From assembly GCA_019113345.1 (NCBI GenBank), contig DXHQ01000100.1, positions 8,445 through 72,444 on the forward strand: a DNA stretch of 64,000 bases. The letters are read 5' to 3'. Shown here in pieces: positions 53,549 to 59,975 of the stretch. Positions within the stretch are counted from its first letter, which is position 1; every line of letters starts with the position of its first letter. This DNA comes from Candidatus Faecalibacterium intestinigallinarum (GTDB taxonomy: Bacteria; Bacillota; Clostridia; Oscillospirales; Ruminococcaceae). Both the position numbers and the translations under genes were made by a program. The notes beneath the pieces were generated by a model that worked only from the letters and a program-made list of their open reading frames with translations, was not told the origin of the DNA and made no database searches.

Positions 53549-54280
53549 TCAAACGGGGTCGTCGAGACAGACTTCTTCGCTCAGCACCTGCCCGATGGGC
53601 TTTGCGATGCACAGGTCGGCCGAGCGGTCGGCGGCGGTGGGCTGCATATTGATGACCACCAGATGCCTGCCCCGGAAATAGCGGATCAGCCCCGCCGCCG
53701 GGTAGACCACCAGACTGGTGCCGCCGATGAGGAGGGTGTCCGCTTTGCGGATGGCCGCAACGGCCCCCGCCATGGTGGCCTCGTCGAGGCACTCCTCGTA
53801 GAGCACCACGTCCGGCTTGACGATCCCCCCGCAGACCGGGCAGCGGGGCACGCCGGTGCTGTTTGCGATGAAGTCGACATCGTAGAACTTGCCGCAGTCC
53901 ACGCAGTAGTTGCGCAGGATGCTGCCGTGCAGCTCGTACACCGTCTTCGACCCCGCCGCCTGATGCAGCCCGTCGATGTTCTGGGTGACCACCGCTTTCA
54001 GCCTGCCCTCCCGCTCCAGCTTGGCCAGCCGCAGATGGGCCGCGTTGGGCTTTGCCCCCCGGACGATCATCTTATCGCGGTAAAAGCGGTAAAATTCGAG
54101 GGGGTTCTGCTCCCAAAATGTATGGCTGAGGATGGTCTCGGGCGGGTAATCGTACGTTTGATGGTACAGTCCGTCCACGCTGCGGAAATCCGGGATGCCC
54201 GACTCGGTGCTGACCCCGGCCCCGCCGAAAAAGACGATGTTTTTGCTTTCTGCGATGATGGCTTCCAGTGCCCTGACCAT
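53549..54280 (-). CDS. cobB: NAD-dependent protein deacylase (sirtuin, CobB type)
   Basis: GAGVSTESGIPDFRS, QNIDGLH and a zinc ribbon CVDCG...CPVCGG. ATG at 54280 with an AAAGGGG RBS. Confidence 0.92.
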   Translation of the reverse strand: MVRALEAIIAESKNIVFFGGAGVSTESGIPDFRSVDGLYHQTYDYPPETILSHTFWEQNPLEFYRFYRDKMIVRGAKPNAAHLRLAKLEREGRLKAVVTQNIDGLHQAAGSKTVYELHGSILRNYCVDCGKFYDVDFIANSTGVPRCPVCGGIVKPDVVLYEECLDEATMAGAVAAIRKADTLLIGGTSLVVYPAAGLIRYFRGRHLVVINMQPTAADRSADLCIAKPIGQVLSEEVCLDDPV

Positions 54281-54360
54281 AAGACCGCCCCTTTCCAAGA
54301 CAGGTGAGATATGTTATCTCTAGTATAGCATATTTCCCGCAGAAGGGAAGCGGACGGCGC

Positions 54361-54391
54361 AAAAAACGGGAGGGCGCCCAGCCCTCCCGTC
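54361..54391 (-). terminator. intrinsic terminator after the MerR-family gene
   Basis: On the minus strand, stem ACGGGAGGGC/GCCCTCCCGT is followed by TTTTTT. Confidence 0.65.
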
Positions 54392-54395
54392 TCGC

Positions 54396-55121
54396 TTACT
54401 CTTTGCCACAGTAGACTTCGATGGCCCGCCGGACAAACGCCGCCGTGCCTTCGCCGCCCGCGCAGTCGATGTTCTGCCGGAACCGCTCGTCCTCCGTGTA
54501 CATCTGCCCCAGACCGTTCAGAATCTCTTTGGTGCAGGTGTAGTAGTGTTCGGTGATGAACGCCTGAAGGGCAGCCGCTTTTTCCTGCACCGCCGGCGCA
54601 TCGGGCGCCAGCTGCCGCAGGGCGCCGAACTCGGCCAGCAGTTCCATCAGCTCCCGGCCGCCTTTTGCAAAGTCGGCGCCTGCCGCCTCCTTCCGGGCAC
54701 ATTCCTGCCAGGCTTCGGAGCCGCCCCAGCGGCCTTTGGCCTCTGCTTTGTACTGTTCCATCTCACGGGTGTCAAACGACTTAAAATCCATGATGCTCGC
54801 TCCTTTTTGCTGTAGTGCACGGGCAAAGGCGATCAGGTCCCCGATGTGCCGGCGCTGCATCTCCAGCAGCTGAATCTGCTGTTCCAGCGCCGCCGCAGGG
54901 TCAAAATTCGGGCTGTCCAAAATGGCCTTGATCTCCCTGAGGGGAAACTGCAATTCGCGGAACAGCAAAATATTCTGCAGGCGGCGAAGGGCCGCATCGT
55001 CATACAGCCGGTAGCCGGCATCGGTCACCTTTGCGGGTCTCAAAAGGCCGATGGCGTCATAGTGATGGAGCGTGCGCACGCTCACCCCCGTGATCCTGCT
55101 GACCTGTTTTACCGTCCACAT
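54396..55121 (-). CDS. MerR-family regulator with a TipAS-like C-terminal domain
   Basis: MWTVKQVSRITGVSVRTLHHYDAIGLL is a MerR HTH. It is followed by a coiled-coil linker and then a TipAS-type domain (EAKGRWGGSEAWQE...). Confidence 0.85.
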   Translation of the reverse strand: MWTVKQVSRITGVSVRTLHHYDAIGLLRPAKVTDAGYRLYDDAALRRLQNILLFRELQFPLREIKAILDSPNFDPAAALEQQIQLLEMQRRHIGDLIAFARALQQKGASIMDFKSFDTREMEQYKAEAKGRWGGSEAWQECARKEAAGADFAKGGRELMELLAEFGALRQLAPDAPAVQEKAAALQAFITEHYYTCTKEILNGLGQMYTEDERFRQNIDCAGGEGTAAFVRRAIEVYCGKE

Positions 55122-55144
55122 TTTTATCCCTCCCGTGTGAGGCA

Positions 55145-55175
55145 AGTATACACCATAACGCTGCGTTAGGGTCAA
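55145..55175 (-). promoter_or_regulatory. MerR-type promoter with a 19-bp spacer and internal dyad
   Basis: Minus strand TTGACC-19 nt-TATACT. The dyad TAACGC-T-GCGTTA (55156-55168) is centred in the spacer. Confidence 0.55.
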
Positions 55176-55201
55176 GCGTTTTTGCAATTTTTTTCAAAGC
55201 A

Positions 55202-55236
55202 TAAAAAGGGCGTGCCGCCGGGGCACGCCTTTTTTA
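55202..55236 (-). terminator. intrinsic terminator after nnrD (hairpin with runs on both sides)
   Basis: Stem GGCGTGCC/GGCACGCC with T-runs on both strands. Confidence 0.65.
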
Positions 55237-56121
55237 TCTGTAGTTTTCTGCAAAGATGGCCCCCAGATCGGCGAGGAGGTCGTGGGGGAGCATCCCGTAC
55301 TGGCCGAGGCGGCGGGCGCAGCGGTCGGCGGCCGCGCCGTGCAGCCAGACCGCGCAGGCGGCGGCTTCGGGCGCGGGCAGGCCGCAGGCGGCAAGGCCGG
55401 CGGTCATGCCGGCCAGCACGTCCCCGCTGCCGCCCCGGGCCAGGCCGGCGTTGCCGGTGGTGTTCTGCCACAGCCGGCCGTCGGGGGCGGCGATGAGGGT
55501 GTGGTGGCCTTTGAGCACCACCGTGCAGCCCCACATTTCGGCATACCGGGCGGCCACGCCGGGCCGGTCGGCCGCGATCTCGGCCGGCGCAAGGCCGGTC
55601 AGGCGGGCCATCTCGCCGGGGTGAGGGGTCAGGATCAGCTCAAACCCCGCAGCCGGGCGGGGCAGGGGCTCCCCTGCCGCCAGCATGGCTGCCGCGGCGT
55701 TGAGGGCGTCGGCGTCCAGCACCACCGTGCAGGCGGCTCCCGCCGCAAGGGCGCGGACCAGCGCCCGGGTGTCGGGGGTGTTGCCCATCCCTGGGCCCAT
55801 CAGGAGGACGGTGGCCTTCTGCCGGGCGGCCAGCAGGCTGTCCGCCGCTGCGGCGCCAAGCCCGCCGTCGGGGCCTTCGGGGCAGGGCAGCAGGCAGCAC
55901 TCGGGCAGGCGGGCGGCGGCCGCCGCAATCACCGGCTCGACGGCGGCCAGGGTGACGATCCCCGCGCCGGCGCGCAGCGCCCCCTCGGCGGCAAGGTTCG
56001 CCGCGCCGCGGTAGCGCCGGCTGCCGGCGGCCAGCAGGACATGGCCGTAGCTGCCCTTGTGGCTGTCGGGCTCCCGCGGCCGGATCGAGGCAAAGACAAA
56101 CGATTCATCGAGCCGTTCCAT
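55234..56121 (-). CDS. nnrD: ADP-dependent NAD(P)H-hydrate dehydratase (YjeF C-terminal domain type)
   Basis: HKGSYGHVLLAAGS, TPHPGE and GGSGDVLAG motifs; 295 aa. Confidence 0.9.
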   Translation of the reverse strand: MERLDESFVFASIRPREPDSHKGSYGHVLLAAGSRRYRGAANLAAEGALRAGAGIVTLAAVEPVIAAAAARLPECCLLPCPEGPDGGLGAAAADSLLAARQKATVLLMGPGMGNTPDTRALVRALAAGAACTVVLDADALNAAAAMLAAGEPLPRPAAGFELILTPHPGEMARLTGLAPAEIAADRPGVAARYAEMWGCTVVLKGHHTLIAAPDGRLWQNTTGNAGLARGGSGDVLAGMTAGLAACGLPAPEAAACAVWLHGAAADRCARRLGQYGMLPHDLLADLGAIFAENYR

Positions 56122-56124
56122 GGC

Positions 56125-58707
56125 TTACTCCTCCTGCTGAATATACCGGCGGATCTCCCGCTCGACCTCGTCCACCTCGTCCCGGAACTGCCGGGCCGAG
56201 ACCCGCAGCGCCCCGTGCCCCAGGATGATGATCTGCTCCATCCCGTCCGAGGTAGCCACCCGGACCCGGCGCTCCCGGCCGATCTCGTGGGTGACCCGCT
56301 CGATGTACATATCGGCGGTCTCGGCCTCGCGGGTGTAGACGACGTGGATGTTGTGGTACTGCTCCACCGTGCCGGGGCTGCCCGGCACCCGGTAGGCGTC
56401 GAACACCAGGATCAGCACGCACTGTTTGAAGCCCTGGTAGTTGCAGAGGATGTCCATCAGCTTCTGCCGGGCGGCGGCAAGGCTGTCTTTGGCCAGAGCG
56501 GCAAGGTCCTCCCAGGCAAAGATAATGTTGTAGCCGTCCACCAGCAGGTACTCGGGCAGGACGGCCCACTGCCGGGCATCGAAATCGGGCCGTTCGCTTT
56601 TGACCGGGCGGAAGGCGGCCAGCGGGTCCCGCTTGATGGGGCCGTAGGTCTGCTCAAAAATTTTCATCAGCTCGGCGTCGTTTTCAAGGCTGGCCCGGAA
56701 GGACGCCGCCCGCCGGGCGGGGGCGGTGTCCGCCGCGTCGGGGCGGGCGGGTTTGGCCTTGCCCCAGCCGCTCTCGACGTGCATATGCTCCCGCACCTTG
56801 TTCCAGGGCACGATAAAGCCCGCTCCGTGGGCGCAGAAGACCGAGTCGGGCGAATTGTCGAGGTCGGCCTCGGGGTCGTAGCCGGCGGCGGCCACGATCT
56901 CGGCGGCGTTGCGGCAGGGGCGGTAGCTGTCGGGGGTGAGGGTGATCTTCCCCCGGCCGTGGGTGTAGCCGGCCAGCTGACGGGGATAGCCCCGCAGCCC
57001 GCTGACCGGGGCCGAGCCTTCGAGGATGGCGGTCTCCCCTTCCTGCCCGGCGGGGCCGAAGGAGCCGCCCAGCTGCTGGATATCGTTCATGGCCCGGCCG
57101 AGGCTGGCTGCCGGCAGCTCGAGGCGGAAGTGATACCAGGGTTCGAGCAGGACGCTCTTGGTCATCATCAGGCCCTGCCGCACCGCGCGGAGGGCCGCCT
57201 GCCGGAAGTCGCCGCCCTCGGTGTGCTTGAGGTGCGCGCGGCCGGCGATGAGGGTGATCTTGACGTCGGTGAGGGGGGCGCCGGTCAGGACGCCCCGGTG
57301 CTCCTTCTCTTCCAGGTTGGAGAGGACCAGCCGCTGCCAGTTGCGGGCCAGCACCTCTTCGCGGCAGTCGGTGTCGTACTGGAGGCCGCTGCCGGGGGGC
57401 AGGGGCTCCAGTTTCAGGTGTACCTCGGCGTAGTGGCGGAGCGGTTCGTAGTGGCCCACCCCTTCCACCGGCTCGGCGATGGTCTCCTTATAGAGAATGC
57501 CGCCCTCGCCGAAGGATACTTCCAGCCCGAACCGGCGGGCCAGCAGGCTTTGCAGCACCTCCAGCTGGATCTCGCCCATCAAGCGGATGTGGATCTGGTT
57601 CAGCTGCTCGTCCCAGACGACGTGCAGCTCGGGCACCTCCTCCTCGATGCGGCGGAGGCTGGCCAGGGCGGCGTGGACGTCCGCCCCCTCGGGCAGCAGG
57701 ACCTGGTAGGTCAGCACCGGCTCGAGCAGCGGGTCGCCGGCGTCCCGCTCGGCCCCGAGGCCCTCGCCCGGCTTTGCGCCGGCAAGCCCCGTCACGGCGC
57801 AGACCTGGCCGGGGTACACCTCGTTTGCCAGGGTGTATTTGGCCCCCGAGTAGAGCCGCAGCTGGTCGGCCTTGCCGGACCAGCCCTCCCCTTCCGGGCC
57901 GCCGGCGAGGGTGTCCTTGACTTTCAGGACGCCGCCGGTCACCCGCAGCCAGGTCAGGCGGGCTCCCTGCTCGTCCTGCGAGACCTTAAAGACCCGCGCG
58001 CCGAAGTGCTCCCCGGCGGGGGCGGGGCGGGTCCAGCGGGCGAGGCCGGACAGCAGGGCGTCCACCCCTTCCAGCTTGAGGGCCGAGCCGAACCAGCAGG
58101 GGAAAACGTGCCGCCGGGCAATGGCGGTGACGATATCCCCGTCGGGCAGCGCTTCGCCCGCGAGGTAGGCGTCCATCAGCCGCTCGTCGCAGAGGGCCAG
58201 CGCCTCGTCCCGGGCGGCAGAGTCCGCCCCGAAATCCACAAAACCGTCGCCGAGGCGGCGGCGCAGCTGTTCCAGGATGGCCTCCCGCCCCGGCCCGGGC
58301 AGGTCCATCTTGTTGATAAAGAGAAAGGTGGGCACCCGGCAGCGGCGCAGCAGGGCCCACAGGGTCTCGGTGTGGCTCTGCACCCCGTCGGGCCCGCTGA
58401 TGACCAGCACCGCATAGTCCAGCACCTGGACCGTCCGCTCGGCCTCGGCCGAAAAGTCGACATGGCCGGGGGTGTCCAGCCAGGCGACCTGCGCGCCGTC
58501 CAGGCTGAACAGCGCCTGTTTGGCAAAAATGGTGATGCCCCGCGCCCGCTCCAGGCTGTCGGTATCGAGAAAGGCGTCCCGGTGGTCCACCCTGCCCAGT
58601 TTGCGGATGGCTCCGGCGCGGTAGAGCACCGCCTCCGAGAGGGTGGTCTTGCCCGAGTCGACGTGGGCCAGCACCCCCACCACCAGGCGTTTTGTCTTGT
58701 CTGCCAT
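56125..58707 (-). CDS. fusion protein: TetM/EF-G-like translational GTPase (aa 1 to about 640) + linker + YacP/Rae1-type NYN ribonuclease domain (aa 719-860)
   Basis: G motifs AHVDSGKT, RGITI, DTPGH and NKMD, with TetM-like similarity through domains II-V. The C-terminal 142 aa (DNA 56128-56553) read EYLLVDGYN...VFDAY...REAETADMYIE...VATSDGMEQ...GALRVSARQF, matching B. subtilis YacP/Rae1 as recalled. The ORF is a single uninterrupted frame. Confidence 0.85.
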   Translation of the reverse strand: MADKTKRLVVGVLAHVDSGKTTLSEAVLYRAGAIRKLGRVDHRDAFLDTDSLERARGITIFAKQALFSLDGAQVAWLDTPGHVDFSAEAERTVQVLDYAVLVISGPDGVQSHTETLWALLRRCRVPTFLFINKMDLPGPGREAILEQLRRRLGDGFVDFGADSAARDEALALCDERLMDAYLAGEALPDGDIVTAIARRHVFPCWFGSALKLEGVDALLSGLARWTRPAPAGEHFGARVFKVSQDEQGARLTWLRVTGGVLKVKDTLAGGPEGEGWSGKADQLRLYSGAKYTLANEVYPGQVCAVTGLAGAKPGEGLGAERDAGDPLLEPVLTYQVLLPEGADVHAALASLRRIEEEVPELHVVWDEQLNQIHIRLMGEIQLEVLQSLLARRFGLEVSFGEGGILYKETIAEPVEGVGHYEPLRHYAEVHLKLEPLPPGSGLQYDTDCREEVLARNWQRLVLSNLEEKEHRGVLTGAPLTDVKITLIAGRAHLKHTEGGDFRQAALRAVRQGLMMTKSVLLEPWYHFRLELPAASLGRAMNDIQQLGGSFGPAGQEGETAILEGSAPVSGLRGYPRQLAGYTHGRGKITLTPDSYRPCRNAAEIVAAAGYDPEADLDNSPDSVFCAHGAGFIVPWNKVREHMHVESGWGKAKPARPDAADTAPARRAASFRASLENDAELMKIFEQTYGPIKRDPLAAFRPVKSERPDFDARQWAVLPEYLLVDGYNIIFAWEDLAALAKDSLAAARQKLMDILCNYQGFKQCVLILVFDAYRVPGSPGTVEQYHNIHVVYTREAETADMYIERVTHEIGRERRVRVATSDGMEQIIILGHGALRVSARQFRDEVDEVEREIRRYIQQEE

Positions 58708-58717
58708 GGCCGCCCCC

Positions 58718-59143
58718 TTACAGGATACTGGCCGCGATGCCGATGGCCGTCATGGGCAATCCCACGATCAGGCTGGACAGCATACTGCACAGGGCCTTTT
58801 CCTCGGCGCTGAGCTCGTCGAAGGAGACGATCTTTTCATCCGCGAAATCGGCCATCGAGTGGGTGGCGTGGCGCTTGCGGGCGCCGCGCTCTTCGGACAG
58901 GCCCTTCTGCCTGTCCACAAAGGGGATGCGGATGCCGTCCAGACGCAGGTAGGCCACCCACGCCCAGCCCAGCAGAGCCGCCCCCACCGCAAAGCAGGGG
59001 GCTTCCCAGATGGTAAAGCGCCCGTCGCTGACAAAGCGCTGCCACAAAAGGCAGAGGCAGGCCGCCACCGCCAGCCGCCGCACCGTCTTGTACAGCAGGG
59101 CGCGGAACATATCGGGTTTGTAAATGGAACGCAGTTTTTTCAT
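58718..59143 (-). CDS. hypothetical small membrane protein (about 3 TM helices)
   Basis: 141 aa with an AAGGAG RBS 5 nt upstream of the ATG. Hydrophobic segments: LAVAACLCLLW, CFAVGAALLGWAWVAYL and LCSMLSSLIVGLPMTAIGIAASIL. Its stop lies 10 nt upstream of the GTPase-NYN start. Confidence 0.7.
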   Translation of the reverse strand: MKKLRSIYKPDMFRALLYKTVRRLAVAACLCLLWQRFVSDGRFTIWEAPCFAVGAALLGWAWVAYLRLDGIRIPFVDRQKGLSEERGARKRHATHSMADFADEKIVSFDELSAEEKALCSMLSSLIVGLPMTAIGIAASIL

Positions 59144-59169
59144 GGGTACTCCTTTAGCCCTTTTCGTCG

Positions 59170-59345
59170 CGCTGCCCCCTCAGTCGTGCTCCGCAGGCCA
59201 GTTCCTCTTGCGCTTAGCCGGTTTTTGCAGCGCGGGTCGCCTTCGCGGCTTCGTCCGCCGGACGTGCCCGGCGACGCGGCCCCCTCAGCCGCCTTTGGCG
59301 GCAGCCCCCCCGCACGCGTGGGGGCTTCAGCGGTATGGATTTTGA
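59170..59345 (+). repeat. left arm of a ~400-bp imperfect giant inverted repeat
   Basis: Shares these modules with the reverse complement of 59372-59568: GCTGCCCCCTCAGTC, CTCTTGCGCTTAGCCGGTTTTTGCAGCG, CTTCGTCCGCCGGACG, CCCCGCACGCGTGGG and ATGGATTT. Confidence 0.75.
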
Positions 59346-59371
59346 AAAAGCAACCTGAAAGTTTCATTTCC

Positions 59372-59568
59372 AAATCCATTCCTTATTGCCTCCCACGCGT
59401 GCGGGGCACGAACAGCGACCGCGTCCAGCGGACGAAACAGGGAGCTGTGAGTGGCGCAGCGCTCCGATTTTTGCAAGGGCATTCATGCCCGCTGCAAAAA
59501 ACGGCTAAGCGCAAGAGGGGCTGTCAGCGCAGCTGACTGAGGGGGGCGGCGAGACTGAGAGGGCAGCA
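59372..59568 (-). repeat. right arm of the giant inverted repeat (a diverged copy in inverse orientation)
   Basis: Carries the same ordered modules on the opposite strand, with arm-specific insertions. Confidence 0.75.
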
Positions 59569-59576
59569 TTTTTAGT

Positions 59577-59585
59577 ATTCTACCA
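59577..59585 (-). promoter_or_regulatory. candidate extended -10 promoter reading into the palindrome and the membrane-protein/GTPase-NYN operon
   Basis: Minus strand TGGTAGAAT (TGn + TAGAAT) with a poor -35 (TATCTT). Sits at the outer edge of the right arm. Confidence 0.35.
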
Positions 59586-59774
59586 CGTTTTCCCGCAAAA
59601 AGATAGCCGCCGTTTGCCCGCGTCCGCATATGGCGTACAGATGGCGCGCCGGTACACACGCAAGTTTTGCTTCTTTTGCAGCCGCAAGATGAAAGTTCTT
59701 CAACTTTTCACTCTTTTTTCACCGTTTTTCGGCCTCCGGCGGCAATTATGGGCACAAGTTGGAGGGCGGCTTTC

Positions 59775-59803
59775 TTGACATCTGTACTTTATGATGGTAA
59801 AAT
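59775..59803 (+). promoter_or_regulatory. sigma-70-type promoter upstream of the ABC transporter operon
   Basis: TTGACA-17 nt-TAAAAT. Confidence 0.55.
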
Positions 59804-59841
59804 ACACGTGTGTTAAGGATTCTGCGGCGGGGCCCGGGCGT

Positions 59842-59883
59842 GCCCAAATACAGACGCTGAGGTCTGTATTTGGGCCTTTTTGT
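59842..59883 (+). terminator. intrinsic terminator inside the ABC-operon leader (attenuator, or the end of a short RNA)
   Basis: Perfect 14-bp stem GCCCAAATACAGAC/GTCTGTATTTGGGC, 6-nt loop, then CTTTTTGT. Confidence 0.65.
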
Positions 59884-59975
59884 ATTCACCGGCCAGACAC
59901 CGCCGCAGAAATAGGAACAGGCAAAATCTGCAACTCTTGCCGTGACACGAAGAATAACAGGGAGGATACAAACAC

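Noticed and set aside
53549-54280. The Sir2-family gene as a possible anti-phage (Sir2-effector) defence component
   Set aside because: - It is a compact canonical sirtuin with the GAGVSTESGIPDFRS and QNIDGLH motifs and a CxxC...CxxC zinc ribbon.
- It has no fused or adjacent sensor partner (HerA, TIR, pAgo, etc.).
- This is consistent with a housekeeping CobB-type deacylase.
56125-58707. Calling the GTPase gene a tetracycline-resistance (tetM/tetO-type ribosomal protection) determinant
   Set aside because: - The similarity is at the family level only.
- The protein carries an extra linker and a NYN nuclease domain.
- It is chromosomal, with host-like composition, and has no conjugative or transposon context.
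- An AMR call would be an over-annotation without MIC data or high identity to a reference allele.
55282-58812. 1176-aa plus-strand ORF opposite nnrD and the GTPase-NYN gene
   Set aside because: It is antisense to genes with clear catalytic motifs and has the same Gly/Ala/Arg/Pro-rich artefact composition.
59240-59440. The TTCGTCCGC(C/T)GGACG modules in the palindrome arms as additional ECF (CGTC-type) promoters
   Set aside because: No AAC-containing -35 element lies 16-17 nt upstream on either strand. The resemblance to the -10 region of the sigma-gene promoter is probably coincidental.
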